Source of the DNA: Candidatus Aminicenantales bacterium
GTDB lineage: Bacteria > Acidobacteriota > Aminicenantia > Aminicenantales > Saccharicenantaceae
Length of the DNA stretch: 64,000 bases
Reading direction: 5' to 3'
Assembly: GCA_049512315.1 (NCBI GenBank)
Contig: JBEKXF010000001.1
Span: forward strand, 1-64,000
Notes under the pieces: model-generated
Database searches by the model: none
What the model was told of the DNA's origin: nothing
Seen by the model: the letters and a program-made list of their open reading frames with translations, nothing else
Shown here: piece by piece, positions 1 to 9,601 of the stretch
Numbering within the stretch: position 1 is the first letter of the stretch
Layout of the letters: each line of letters begins with the position of its first letter
Made by a program: the position numbers and the translations under genes

Positions 1-201
1 TGGGAGAAGGAGCGGGTCGTCGAGGTCGCCCGGGAGTATCCGGAGAAGTCCTGCCGCGAGATCGCCTGGCTCATGACGGATAAGAGGGAATACTTCATAT
101 CAGAGAGCAGCGTCTATCGGATGGATTTTCCGACTGACAGGCCTGACACTTCACGTCCCGACACCCCTCCCGGTCCGTTGGCCCAAAATGACACTGGCTG
201 A
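1..201 (+). mobile_element. IS3-family transposase fragment (relic, 5' end outside window)
   Basis: Frame 1 reads WEKERVVEVAREYPEKSCREIAWLMTDKREYFISESSVYR, resembling the IS3-type OrfB HTH segment (PELSPRELA..TD...YF.SE.SVYR). Similarity stops after SVYR (~120), TGA at 199-201, no DDE core follows. Confidence 0.65.
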
Positions 202-365
202 AAAAACCTAACCTTGCTCAGTGTACCACCGCTCGAGAGAGATTTTCAACTCGATTGGCCCGCCGGGACCTTGACCCTCCCATTCATTTCTCATTCAATG
301 ATTCTGGATGAGTGGCCTGGCCAGCCCTTTGAGCGGGGCAGGTCACAACCTCAACCCTCGATCTC

Positions 366-1139
366 TTACCCTTCTTTTTTCTCTTTCCCGTCCAGCTTAT
401 TCTCCAGCAGGTTGATGCCCTGCAAAATAATAAAGGCCTCGTCGTCGGTCTTGATATCGAGGACAATGTCGGATTTCTTCAGGAGGCCCTTCATCCTGTC
501 CGACAGATAAGCGATTGAGTTGGAGATGTAAAACGGGAAGTACCAAAAATAGCCAAACGCCAGGAGCACGCAAAAGACCCCAATTCCAGCCATGAGGTGG
601 ATGATCCTGGCCGAATCATGCTTCGCCGTCTGGCTTTTCCGCTCGACAGCCTGCATGTTGAGATCGTTGATGTCGCTAATGGCGTGCCTGAGCTTATCAA
701 AGGCAGGCTGGTATTCGTTGAAATACAGGGCGCGCCCGCTCTCCCCCTTGACGATTCGAAGGCAGAGGTTTGTGTACAAAACATAAACCTGGTTTACCGT
801 GGCCACGTATTCGCTTTCATGGATTTCGGTGATGTTGCCATTTTCGAACTTGAGGTTGTTTTCGAATTCGGTCTGGCCGGATTCAAAGAGCTTCAAGTAG
901 TAGTCAGAAGTCTTTTGATCATCGGTGGGGTTGAAGACGATGCTGCTGATGGCCGTCCGCATATCTTCGAGGGCCGAGCTCATGTTCTTGGAGAAGACGA
1001 GGGATTTGTAGTTATCTTTCAGGATGTTCTCGGCGTCTTGCGAGAGTTTGCCGATATGGTAGGAATAGAAAATCACTAAAATAAAGATGATGAGGAACAA
1101 GAATCCCAAGCCCAAGGTCAGTTTCTTCTTGAGTGTCAT
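366..1139 (-). CDS. Membrane sensor-like protein: TM, periplasmic four-helix bundle (4HB_MCP-like), TM, degenerate HAMP; no kinase domain
   Basis: 257 aa. N-terminal KKKLTLGLGFLF TM, ILKDNYKSL motif, DLNMQAVERKS, second TM, short DDE-type HAMP tail. Confidence 0.7.
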   Translation of the reverse strand: MTLKKKLTLGLGFLFLIIFILVIFYSYHIGKLSQDAENILKDNYKSLVFSKNMSSALEDMRTAISSIVFNPTDDQKTSDYYLKLFESGQTEFENNLKFENGNITEIHESEYVATVNQVYVLYTNLCLRIVKGESGRALYFNEYQPAFDKLRHAISDINDLNMQAVERKSQTAKHDSARIIHLMAGIGVFCVLLAFGYFWYFPFYISNSIAYLSDRMKGLLKKSDIVLDIKTDDEAFIILQGINLLENKLDGKEKKEG

Positions 1140-1376
1140 GATGCCTCCAGAGAGAAACCCGTCTCTTTCATGATAATGACTTTATTGTAGTCCGATTCGC
1201 AGCAAATGGGAATGTTCCGGGCTAAACAGCCGGGGCCGGCTCGGCGGCCGTCGAAAATTTCCGTATTTATTCGCCCGAGAAGGATTTCCCAGGGCCGTCC
1301 GAATGGGAATTATGGACAATCGCCGGGCAAATTATGTCTCGGGAAAAACGCTCCGTCAAACGCCGGCCTGCAGCCT

Positions 1377-2132
1377 TTAGCCCCGAGGACCCCAGGTCCT
1401 GTAATAGGCGACGTATGCAAAAAAATGGTTGGGACCGTGAAGGTCCCGGCCGGTGGAGAACATGAGGATCTGCCCTTTCCCGACGGACAGAAGCGCGCCC
1501 AGGTTGACGCCGGTTTCGCCAGTTTCTCCGAGGGCCCTCGGGGAATTGGTTATGACTTCCGCGCCGACGGTCATCCATTTGGAAAGGTCGCGCTGGGCTT
1601 CCCAGCCGAGCACCCAATAATTCCTGTTTCCCGGACCCGGGTTGATCCAATAACCCCCTCCTCCGTAAGTCGTCCAGGCTCCCCAACTTTTTTGTAGCCA
1701 GATCGGCAAAAAAACCTGAATATGACCACTCCCCAAGCCGCGGCTCGGGCTGCCGGCGGGCAGTTCGATATGGGGGAACGTCCCGATCTGGGGCCTTGAG
1801 CGGGTTTCGCCGACAAACCTGAACTTGACCCCGAATTCGATATCACCGGGGCCGTATTGGAATGGGAGCCCTTTCGGCTTGGCATAGGCCATCGGCATAA
1901 TCAGGTGGAGCTGAACGTTCGAGACGGCCCCATAATTGACCTCGACATGCGGCAGAGTGCCCGAAACAGCATCGCTCGTGATGAAATGCTGGGAGGCGAG
2001 GTAGAATTCCCAATTGTGGAGGTCCACAGGAACAGGGTCATCCGTAAAAAAAGGCGGCCCAGCCCAGAGAGCCAATGAAAAGGCAAGCGCGAAAATGAGC
2101 CACGAAAAGAGCGGGAGGACCGTTTTCATCAA
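1377..2132 (-). CDS. Exported outer-membrane beta-barrel 'transporter' (MetA-pathway/Phenol_MetA_deg-like)
   Basis: 251 aa. Signal peptide, GPPFFTDDPVPVD start, GDIEFGVKFRF and PAGSPSRGLGSG motifs, aromatic C-terminal strand. Confidence 0.6.
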   Translation of the reverse strand: MMKTVLPLFSWLIFALAFSLALWAGPPFFTDDPVPVDLHNWEFYLASQHFITSDAVSGTLPHVEVNYGAVSNVQLHLIMPMAYAKPKGLPFQYGPGDIEFGVKFRFVGETRSRPQIGTFPHIELPAGSPSRGLGSGHIQVFLPIWLQKSWGAWTTYGGGGYWINPGPGNRNYWVLGWEAQRDLSKWMTVGAEVITNSPRALGETGETGVNLGALLSVGKGQILMFSTGRDLHGPNHFFAYVAYYRTWGPRG

Positions 2133-2150
2133 GGGGTTCCTCTCGAAAAA

Positions 2151-2179
2151 ATTATAGCCGCGGAAGGCCTTCCGGTCAA
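2151..2179 (-). promoter_or_regulatory. Sigma70-type promoter for the outer-membrane protein gene, with a 14-bp palindrome in the spacer
   Basis: Minus strand TTGACC-N17-TATAAT; perfect palindrome CGGAAGGCCTTCCG at 2161-2174. Confidence 0.65.
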
Positions 2180-2184
2180 ACAGA

Positions 2185-2343
2185 GCCAGGGCCGTGCGGG
2201 AATGGTCTGGGCGGCTGGGAATCGGGACGCTCCATAATGAACCCGGCAGCCCTCGGGAGAACGGATACGCGGAGTCGTTGATCGGGAAGTTGAGGGATGA
2301 ATTATTGGATGGGAAGATCTTTCATACTCTTGCTCAAAAATGA
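2185..2343 (+). mobile_element. IS3-family integrase-core fragment (pseudogene relic)
   Basis: Translates ARAVREWSGRLGIGTLHNEPGSPRENGYAESLIGKLRDELLDGKIFHTLAQK*, matching the IS3 pattern EPGSPWENGY.ESF.GKLRDELL. No start or upstream domain; absent from the ORF track. Confidence 0.8.
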
Positions 2344-2399
2344 TGGCATTCCGCCCGGGGAAACGTGTCAAGAACTTGAAAAGGAGCGCTAAGGTTCGG

Positions 2400-2768
2400 C
2401 TATTTGGCCTTAGGGTCCTCCTCCATCAATCCAAACTTGTTGCCTTCTGGATCGAGGCAGACAGCGAGCCATCCGACTCCGGGGATGGCCATCTTGGGAG
2501 CGACCAACTTTCCCCCGACGGCTTCGATCTTGGCCACGAACGCGTCGACCGAGGGCACACCGATCGTGTTCATCGTATGTCCCCCGGGGTCCTGCCTCCG
2601 ACCGATGCCACCGTTGATCCCGGGCTTATTGTCGGGCCCTGTGGTGATCATCCAGTACTCCACGGGCCCGTTCCATTTCTCGGCCTTCCAGCCAAAAACG
2701 GTTCCATAGAATTTGACGGCCCGACTCGGGTCATCGGCGTAAATGTCGAAATGGACGATACGGTTCAT
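2400..2768 (-). CDS. VOC family (glyoxalase/bleomycin resistance) protein
   Basis: IVHFDIYADDPSRAVKFYGTVFGW...GINGG...DPEGNKFGL. Confidence 0.9.
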   Translation of the reverse strand: MNRIVHFDIYADDPSRAVKFYGTVFGWKAEKWNGPVEYWMITTGPDNKPGINGGIGRRQDPGGHTMNTIGVPSVDAFVAKIEAVGGKLVAPKMAIPGVGWLAVCLDPEGNKFGLMEEDPKAK

Positions 2769-2865
2769 CTGTCCCTCCTAATCCTATAAGATTACTAAGA
2801 ATATACACTTCTCCGGCTTCGATTTCAAGCGTGGCAGCGGAGCTTCCATCTCTGACAGGAGGGGA

Positions 2866-3294
2866 TTACTTTCCCGGCCTCGCATCCAGGCTCCATGGTC
2901 CCGCCCCCGCGGCCGAGAAGTAGAGCCAGACGAAATAGTAAAGCGCGGCGGCCATGCCGCCGTTCATGGTGGGCCAAAAGCCACGGGGGAGGTGGACCTG
3001 GAAATACGCCACGGCCATCTCGCCGGCAAGAAGGAACGCGACGGGGCGAGTGACGAGGCCGAAAAGGAGCAGGGCACCCCCGAACGTCTCCAGGATGCCG
3101 GCGAGACCCAGCTGGGACAGCAGCTTGACGGTGCCGACGTTCGGGGAAGGGCCGGCCGGAAAGCCTAAGAGCTTCATTGTTCCGGCCAGCATGAACATAA
3201 AGGCCACTGCGATGCGCAGCACGCTCTGCATGCGCGATCCCCAGGCCGACCACTTCGCCATGAGGCTCGACGCGGTCATGATAATCTTTCTCAT
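2866..3294 (-). CDS. DoxX family membrane protein
   Basis: LRI..AFMF..AG..KL, E..GG.LL..GL.TRP.A, EMAVAYF..H, GAGPWSLD. Confidence 0.9.
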   Translation of the reverse strand: MRKIIMTASSLMAKWSAWGSRMQSVLRIAVAFMFMLAGTMKLLGFPAGPSPNVGTVKLLSQLGLAGILETFGGALLLFGLVTRPVAFLLAGEMAVAYFQVHLPRGFWPTMNGGMAAALYYFVWLYFSAAGAGPWSLDARPGK

Positions 3295-3378
3295 AGGGCT
3301 CTCCTCTCGCCCGGAGTTAGTTTGTCATCTATGAAACCATCAAGATCTGCAACGCCACGAAAAATGATCGTGAGGATG

Positions 3379-3759
3379 TCAGGCATCGCCAGTGGGCAAG
3401 ATGCTCGCGGTCTCGACCATCAGGACGATCGTCCGCTCAGGTGCGCGGGTGCGGTGGGTGACTCCCTTGGGCACCACGAAGCCTTGACGAGGCGCGAGCT
3501 CGACCGTCGTCTTCTCCAAATCGATGAGGAGGCGGCCCTCGATCACAAAGAAGAATTCATCATCATCGTCGTGCTTATGCCAATGATATTCGCCTTGCAC
3601 GATCCCGAGGCGAACGAGGGAATCGTTGACCCGGCAGAGCGTCTGGTTGTACCAGCGGTCGGTGCATGCCGCGATCATTGAAGGGATGTCCACGAGCTCG
3701 AGAGGCTGGAAGAGGATGTCGAGGTGAGTCGCGTAGGGATATTGTTTCGGGGAATTCAT
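3379..3759 (-). CDS. Cupin domain protein
   Basis: GEYHWHKHDDDDEFFFVIEG...FVVPKGVTHRT. Confidence 0.9.
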   Translation of the reverse strand: MNSPKQYPYATHLDILFQPLELVDIPSMIAACTDRWYNQTLCRVNDSLVRLGIVQGEYHWHKHDDDDEFFFVIEGRLLIDLEKTTVELAPRQGFVVPKGVTHRTRAPERTIVLMVETASILPTGDA

Positions 3760-3808
3760 GAGATCTCCTCCACGCTGCGTTCGGAGCCCTTCCGCGCCGC
3801 AATCAGGC

Positions 3809-5734
3809 TTACAACTTCTTATTCAGCACGTGCCGGTCTTCGACCCGATTCGTCAGTCCAGTCTTGTCGAAATACTCCAGGATGGCCTGGGCAAACTTCC
3901 GAGACAGGTTGAGCCGGTCCCGGAGTTCGGCGATCGTGACGCTGCCGTGACGCGCGATGAACCCGAGCGCGGCCTCCCGGGCCTCTTCGAGCGCTAGCCG
4001 GTGGTAAGTCACCTTGGCGCCCAGGCGGACGATCTTGCCGTCGCGGATCAGGCTGTCCAGGATATTCTTGAATAAAGACGGGGTTAAAGCAAGCCTCCGC
4101 TGGACCTCTTCCTCAAGGGGCGGAGCGAGCCGGGCGCTGCGGAAAGCCCCTTCGATCCTCGCCGCGATCTGCAGGTCGGCTGGCTTCATGCGGGCCTCGT
4201 GGCCGACGAGCCCGACCTGCGCCTCTTTCCTGAACAGCACGTTCGCCCGGCAGAGGTCATCCACGATGAGCTTCAGAGTCTGGGCCGCGCCCAGCTTGAG
4301 AAATTCTGCCCGGATGTCCGAATAGGGCATGAGCGGCCGCTCCGGGTTGGCCACAAAATATTTCCGGACCTCTGCGGCGACCCCATCCCTGAGGCCTTGA
4401 TATACCGAATGGTGGAGATAGGTTTCGGTCTTCTCATGGTCGATCTTGACCAGCCCTGTCTCCGCCAGCAGCTCCCGCACGGACTCCTCGACCTCGACCT
4501 CGCACTTTCCGAGCTTGAGGGCGGCCTCCTTGACGCTCATGGGCGAGCTTGCCGCTTGGAGAAAGACCTGTTCAGCCGCGTCCCTTGCCTCGCCCCCCAG
4601 CTTCTTCATCCCTTCAAGGACCTGACCGCTAAATCTCTTGTGCTTTTTTGGGTTGGCGTCAAGGATTTGCCCTCCGCCGATGGTCACGAGAGGAGAGAAC
4701 GACCTGATGACGAATCTGTCTCCGGGCAGGGCTACGGTCGGGCTCTCCAGGATGAGCTGGATCATGGCCGAGCCGCCGGGCTCGATCTTCTGGCCCTCGA
4801 GGACCGCCAGGCGCGCGATGACCTCGTCCGTGCCGATGTGGAGCCGGACGCGGTCCCGGTGTTTCACGTCCTTCTCCGCGCTCCGGAGGACGTCGAGGCG
4901 GGCGTCGAGCCGGACGGTGGGGGCGAGCGAGCCCTCGGCGCCCGCAACCTGGCCCCGGCGCAGGCCCTCTTTCTTCAGGTCCTGGAGGTTGATGGCCGTC
5001 CGCTTGCCGATGGCCGAGGCGTCCTTTTTTTCCTTGTGGACCTGGACGCCACGGACCCGGGACCTGAGCCCGTCAGGGAAGATCTCGACCCGGTCGCCCG
5101 CGCGGACCTGGCCGCCGAGCACGGTGCCGGCGACGACCGTGCCGAATCCCTGGATCGTGAAGACGCGGTCGATGGGCATCCGGAAAATCCCGCTGTCCGG
5201 GCGTTTGGCGACCTTCCGGCCGATCTCCTGGAGGACCGTCTTGACGTCCCCGAGCCCCGCTCCCGTGACGGAAGAGACGGGGAGGATGGGAGCACCCTCG
5301 AGAAAGGAGCCCCGGACAAAACTTCGGACCGCGCCGGTGAGCTCGGAGATCCGGGCCTCATCGACAAGATCGCTCTTGGTCAGAGCGACCGCCCCCAGCT
5401 TGATCCCGAGAAGCTGGAGGATGTCGAAATGCTCCCGCGTCTGGACCGAGATGCCTTCGTCGGCGGCGATGACAAAGAGGGCGGCGTCGACGTTGCTCGC
5501 GCCGGCGGCCATAGTCTTGACGAATTTCTCATGACCCGGGACGTCGATGAAGACGATTTGCTTCTCGTAGCCGGGGTCGTCCAGGAAAACGAACCCCAGC
5601 TCGATGGTCATCCCGCGTTCCTTTTCTTCGGGCAGGGTGTCGGGGTCGGTGCCGGTCAGGGCTTTGACGAGGGCGCTCTTGCCGTGGTCGATGTGCCCGG
5701 CCGTCCCGACGATGACGTGGTCTTTCTCAGGCAT
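3809..5734 (-). CDS. selB: Selenocysteine-specific translation elongation factor SelB
   Basis: [39 protein letters not shown]-terminal winged helix [19 protein letters not shown] at 5734 preferred over TTG at 5767. Confidence 0.97.
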   Translation of the reverse strand: MPEKDHVIVGTAGHIDHGKSALVKALTGTDPDTLPEEKERGMTIELGFVFLDDPGYEKQIVFIDVPGHEKFVKTMAAGASNVDAALFVIAADEGISVQTREHFDILQLLGIKLGAVALTKSDLVDEARISELTGAVRSFVRGSFLEGAPILPVSSVTGAGLGDVKTVLQEIGRKVAKRPDSGIFRMPIDRVFTIQGFGTVVAGTVLGGQVRAGDRVEIFPDGLRSRVRGVQVHKEKKDASAIGKRTAINLQDLKKEGLRRGQVAGAEGSLAPTVRLDARLDVLRSAEKDVKHRDRVRLHIGTDEVIARLAVLEGQKIEPGGSAMIQLILESPTVALPGDRFVIRSFSPLVTIGGGQILDANPKKHKRFSGQVLEGMKKLGGEARDAAEQVFLQAASSPMSVKEAALKLGKCEVEVEESVRELLAETGLVKIDHEKTETYLHHSVYQGLRDGVAAEVRKYFVANPERPLMPYSDIRAEFLKLGAAQTLKLIVDDLCRANVLFRKEAQVGLVGHEARMKPADLQIAARIEGAFRSARLAPPLEEEVQRRLALTPSLFKNILDSLIRDGKIVRLGAKVTYHRLALEEAREAALGFIARHGSVTIAELRDRLNLSRKFAQAILEYFDKTGLTNRVEDRHVLNKKL

Positions 5735-5756
5735 GTCGGCTCGATTTCTTGCCAGC

Positions 5757-6977
5757 CTATCGGCCAATCATCTTTTCGCCCGGCGCCTTTCTCTTCAGGA
5801 CGATCCGGCCAGGGCCCTTCCGGGTCACGCGCCCGATGACGGTCGCCCGCCGGACGCCCTTTTTATAGAGCGCCGCGAGAAGGGCCGCCGCTTTCGATCT
5901 CCGGACGGCGATCAGGAGCCCGCCCGAGGTTTGGGGATCGTAGAGAAGTGTCTCGAGAGCTTCGCCGGCGCCTTTCTCGATCTTGACGAAGGCGGAGGCG
6001 TAATCCCGGTTACGTTCGACGGCCCCGGAAATGACGCCGTCACGGATGAGGTCCATGACGCCATCAAAAACCGGGATGGCCTCGCCGTAGATCTCGAGGT
6101 CGACGCCGCTCTGGGCGGCGATCTCGCTCAGGTGGCCCGCCAATCCGAAGCCGGTGATGTCGGTGGCGGTCGTGACCCCCGCGGCGGTCATGGCTTCGGC
6201 GGCGGCGCGGTTGAGCTCGGTCATGGAGCGCTCGGCCGCGGCGAGACCTCTCGCCGGGGCTCGTCCGATCTGGCGGGCGAAGCTCAGCGTCCCCGTCCCG
6301 ATGGGTTTCGTCAGGATCAGAATGTCGCCCGGCTTGGCCTTGCTGTTGACCGTCATCTTAGCGGGGTGCACAACGCCGGTCACGGCGAAGCCGAACTTGA
6401 TCTCCCTGTCCTTGATGCTGTGGCCGCCGAGGACGGCCACGCCGGCCTCCCGGAGTTTGTCGATCCCGCCCTGGAGCATCTTGTTCATGATCCGGGGGCT
6501 CAGCCGCTCGATGGGGAAGGCAATGATCGAAAGGGCTGTCAGCGGACGTCCGCCCATGGCGTAGATGTCGCTTACGGAATTGGCTGCCGCGATCTGGCCG
6601 AAGACGTAGGGGTCGTCGACGACCGGGGTGAAAACATCAACCGATTGAACGAGCGCGGTCCGGGCGTTAAGCTTGAAGACGCCGGCGTCGTCGCAGGTGT
6701 CGGACGAGACGAGGACGCGCCGGTCGAAGATCCGGGGCAGGCCGGAGAGGGCCTTCTTCAGGTCCTCCTGGCTGATCTTGGAGGCGCAGCCGGCGTTCTC
6801 GACGAGCGAGGTGAGCGGCACGTTTTCGAGGGCGTCCTCCTCGCGCTCGCCCGAGCAGAGGCAGATGTTTTTCCGCTTGAAGAGGTCGCAGGGGCAGGGC
6901 TCCTTGGGGTTGCAGATGCAGTGGCCGAGCCGGATCGACCGGCCCATGATGCGCTTGCGTTTCTTGTAATCGATCAT
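5757..6977 (-). CDS. selD: Selenide, water dikinase SelD (Cys form) with N-terminal Cys-rich extension
   Basis: [13 protein letters not shown] active site, [58 protein letters not shown]. Confidence 0.96.
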   Translation of the reverse strand: MIDYKKRKRIMGRSIRLGHCICNPKEPCPCDLFKRKNICLCSGEREEDALENVPLTSLVENAGCASKISQEDLKKALSGLPRIFDRRVLVSSDTCDDAGVFKLNARTALVQSVDVFTPVVDDPYVFGQIAAANSVSDIYAMGGRPLTALSIIAFPIERLSPRIMNKMLQGGIDKLREAGVAVLGGHSIKDREIKFGFAVTGVVHPAKMTVNSKAKPGDILILTKPIGTGTLSFARQIGRAPARGLAAAERSMTELNRAAAEAMTAAGVTTATDITGFGLAGHLSEIAAQSGVDLEIYGEAIPVFDGVMDLIRDGVISGAVERNRDYASAFVKIEKGAGEALETLLYDPQTSGGLLIAVRRSKAAALLAALYKKGVRRATVIGRVTRKGPGRIVLKRKAPGEKMIGR

Positions 6978-6991
6978 CCCATTCTTCGCTT

Positions 6992-7028
6992 CATCGCTTT
7001 TGTTGAGGTCGCGGGCTCGGAGGGAGTC
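6992..7028 (-). repeat. Dispersed intergenic repeat, copy A
   Basis: GACTCCCTCCGAGCCCGCGACCTCAACAAAAGCGATG; 32 of 38 aligned columns match the copy at 60708-60745. Confidence 0.65.
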
Positions 7029-7084
7029 TCTCCCTGCGTCCGCTCCTCCGGCAATTATAATAATCCCCCCGCATTCTGCTTCTC

Positions 7085-8485
7085 TTATTTAAGGAGGTCC
7101 ACGAGGGCCCGTCCGACGACGGCGTCCTCGTCTGCCTGGATCGTCCGGAAGTCAAGGATCACGGCATCCTTGCTGATCCGGGCGAAGATCGGGGGAGAGA
7201 GGCGGCGGAGTTTCGCGGCCAGATCGTCGGAGGTGAGAGAGGACGAGGCGACCGCAAGGACTTTGGTCGGCAGCGTCTCGACGGGCACGGCCCCGCTGCC
7301 GACCTGGGACTCGCCGTCCTCGACCGTGAGCCGGACGCCGGCGGGTAGGGACTTTTTCAAGGAGGAGGCGACCTTATTAGCTCTTCGGCCGAGCTCTTGC
7401 GGAGTCATGCCGAGCATCCGGTAGATCGGATGGCAGGCTCTCAGGTTCTCGGGCATGAGGAAAAGTTTGAGAGTGGCTTCGAGGGCCGCGAGACTGAGCT
7501 TGCCGCAGCGGAACGCGCGGGCCAGCGGGTTCTTCTTGATCTTCTGGATCCATTCGGCCCGGCCGACAATGATCCCCGATTGGGGACCGCCGATCAGCTT
7601 GTCGCCGGAAAAGCAGGCGACATCGGCCCCGGCGCGGACGCTGGCCTGGACCAGGGGTTCGGTCGCGAGCCCGAACTCCTTGAGGTCGACGAGAGCGCCG
7701 CTGCCCAGGTCATCGACGACCGGGACGCCTTTCTTGCGGCCGAGCTCAGCCAGCTCTTCGATGCCTGGCTCCTCGGCGAATCCGACGATCCTGTAGTTGC
7801 TGTGGTGGACGCGGAGGATGGCGCCTGTCGCCTCGCCGATGGCCTCCTCATAATCCCGGAGGTGGGTCTTGTTCGTTGTCCCGACTTCGCGGAGGATGGC
7901 TCCGCTCGTCTTCATGACGTCGGGCATCCGGAAGGAGCCGCCGATCTCGACGAGCTGGCCGCGCGAGACGATGACCTCGAGGCCACTGGCCAGGGTGTTG
8001 AGGATGAGGACAGTCGCGGCGGCGTTGTTGTTGGCGATGGTCGCGGCCTCGGCCCCGGTGAGCTCGCGGAGGATGCCTTCGACGTGGCGATCGCGGGACG
8101 TCCGGCGGCCTGTCTCGAAGTCCAGGGCCAGGGTCGAGTAACCGTGGGCGACGGCCATAAGAGCTTCCGAGGCGTCTTCCGAGAGGACGGCCCGGCCCAA
8201 GCCCGAATGCATGATGATGCCCGTGGCGTTGATCGCGGGGCCGAGTGACGCCCGAAATTTTCGGCAGAGCCGATTTTTCACCGGGTCGATCAGGGCGGCG
8301 AAGGAGAGGTCCGGAGGCGGCGCATCCGGGGCCTGGGCGGCGATCCCGGAGCGGATCTCGTCGAGGACGGCGCGTCCGGCCGCGGCGACGGCCTGGTGTC
8401 CGTACTCCCGGACCAGGGCCTCGGCGGCCTGTTCGCGGAGAAGGGCGTCGAGGGAAGGAATTTGCCTGAGTTGCGCTTCGTTCAC
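7085..8485 (-). CDS. selA: L-seryl-tRNA(Sec) selenium transferase SelA
   Basis: [59 protein letters not shown] (PLP Lys). GTG start at 8485 with GGAG RBS; the 650-aa ORF-track call is over-extended. Confidence 0.96.
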   Translation of the reverse strand: MNEAQLRQIPSLDALLREQAAEALVREYGHQAVAAAGRAVLDEIRSGIAAQAPDAPPPDLSFAALIDPVKNRLCRKFRASLGPAINATGIIMHSGLGRAVLSEDASEALMAVAHGYSTLALDFETGRRTSRDRHVEGILRELTGAEAATIANNNAAATVLILNTLASGLEVIVSRGQLVEIGGSFRMPDVMKTSGAILREVGTTNKTHLRDYEEAIGEATGAILRVHHSNYRIVGFAEEPGIEELAELGRKKGVPVVDDLGSGALVDLKEFGLATEPLVQASVRAGADVACFSGDKLIGGPQSGIIVGRAEWIQKIKKNPLARAFRCGKLSLAALEATLKLFLMPENLRACHPIYRMLGMTPQELGRRANKVASSLKKSLPAGVRLTVEDGESQVGSGAVPVETLPTKVLAVASSSLTSDDLAAKLRRLSPPIFARISKDAVILDFRTIQADEDAVVGRALVDLLK

Positions 8486-8523
8486 GATGACTCCATTCTG
8501 CCCGGTCGGGCAGGGGATTCCCG

Positions 8524-9114
8524 CTACTTTTTGAGCGACCTGAAAGGAATTTTGCCGAAAATCTCTGGATGGAGGTCGCGGCCCTCCCGGGCGGCCTGAA
8601 CGATGAAGATCGCGACTTCGAATGGCAGGTCCTTCGGCGGCATGCAGGAGGTATTGTCGCAGGCCTGGTAGCTCAGCCTGGCCTTGAGCTTCAGAGGTCC
8701 GGCCGGGATGCCCGCTTTCGCTTTGAGCAGGGCCCCGAGAACCGCTTCGCCCTCGTAGACCATGAGCTCGGCCTGAGAGTAGGCGAAACGGCCGCGATGG
8801 CCGGACGGGTAATAGATCTCGACGACCTCGAGGCCGGGGTTGTCGTCGAAGGCGAGCGTCGTGGGGACCAGGAACTCGTCGAGGGGCGCGTTGTCGTTGA
8901 TGTGATAGCCGGGCTCGACCTTGAGAACGATTGCGGCCTTGAACGTCTCGCCCGGGTGGACGCCGTCCCGCGAGAGAAGCGTTTTGACCTCGATGACCTG
9001 TCCGTCCTGCTGCGCTTTTCCGGCTGAAAAGGCGCAAGATAAGCCGGCGGGGAGGAAGCCGGCAAAGATCAGGGTCAGGAACGGCACGATCTTCTTGGCG
9101 ACGCTTCTATTCAT
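8524..9114 (-). CDS. Exported DsbD N-terminal (Ig-like thiol-disulfide interchange) domain protein
   Basis: Signal peptide, GYHIN, VYEGE, LSYQACDNTSCMPP (Cx4C). Confidence 0.8.
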   Translation of the reverse strand: MNRSVAKKIVPFLTLIFAGFLPAGLSCAFSAGKAQQDGQVIEVKTLLSRDGVHPGETFKAAIVLKVEPGYHINDNAPLDEFLVPTTLAFDDNPGLEVVEIYYPSGHRGRFAYSQAELMVYEGEAVLGALLKAKAGIPAGPLKLKARLSYQACDNTSCMPPKDLPFEVAIFIVQAAREGRDLHPEIFGKIPFRSLKK

Positions 9115-9135
9115 GTTGGGCCGCTTGATCCATCC

Positions 9136-9165
9136 ATTAAACAGGTTGGGCGCCGGGCTTGTCAA
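9136..9165 (-). promoter_or_regulatory. Putative promoter of the dsbD-N/selA/selD/selB unit
   Basis: Minus strand TTGACA-N18-TTTAAT, just downstream of the RRM gene terminator. Confidence 0.45.
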
Positions 9166-9210
9166 GCCGACGTCCGGCAGTCATTCCCGCATTTTGCCAT
9201 CTCGCGCGCG

Positions 9211-9244
9211 AAAAAAAAGGGGACGGTTCACCGAACCGTCCCCT
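9211..9244 (-). terminator. Intrinsic terminator of the RRM gene
   Basis: AGGGGACGGTTC-3nt-GAACCGTCCCCT stem followed by a T run on the minus strand (A8 at 9211-9218). Confidence 0.85.
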
Positions 9245-9313
9245 CTCAGGGCATGGCTTCGTCCCGGAGGAATCTCCGGGTCTAGGAAAGCCGCTCTTCC
9301 GGTTTCGCGGGTC

Positions 9314-9601
9314 TTAATACCGCCGGCTGCCGAAACCGCCGCCGGTTCTCGGCCTGTCCGTGCGCGGCTTGGCCTCGTTGACCGTGGCCGCCCGGCCCTT
9401 CAGATCCTTGCCGTTCAGCATGGAGATGGCCTTCTGGGCTTCGACGCCGTTCGGCATCTCGACGAACCCGAAACCGCGGGACTCGCCGCTGAACTTGTCC
9501 TTGATGACCGAGGCGGTTGTGACTTCCCCGAAGGGCTGAAAAGCTTCCCTCAGGTCGGACTCGTTGGCGCTCCTATCCAGGTTGCCCACAAAGATATTCA
9601 T
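9314..9601 (-). CDS. RNA-binding protein, single RRM with Gly/Arg tail
   Basis: RNP2 IFVGNL and RNP1 RGFGFVEM; AAGGAG RBS before ATG 9601. Confidence 0.93.
   Translation of the reverse strand: MNIFVGNLDRSANESDLREAFQPFGEVTTASVIKDKFSGESRGFGFVEMPNGVEAQKAISMLNGKDLKGRAATVNEAKPRTDRPRTGGGFGSRRY

Noticed and set aside
7085..9037. Apparent long N-terminal extensions on SelA, TldD, Lgt, Fmt, OPT and EfpL in the ORF track
   Set aside because: They overlap neighbouring genes or promoters; downstream starts with RBS fit family lengths. The SelD extension differs because it does not overlap selA.
5757..9114. In-frame UGA selenocysteine in SelD or the DsbD-N protein
   Set aside because: Both frames are uninterrupted and use Cys codons (AGCASK; CDNTSC).
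3809..9250. tRNA-Sec (selC) expected near selA/selB/selD
   Set aside because: No cloverleaf or UCA anticodon arm found in these intergenic gaps or elsewhere by eye; a tRNAscan-SE/Aragorn run would be decisive.
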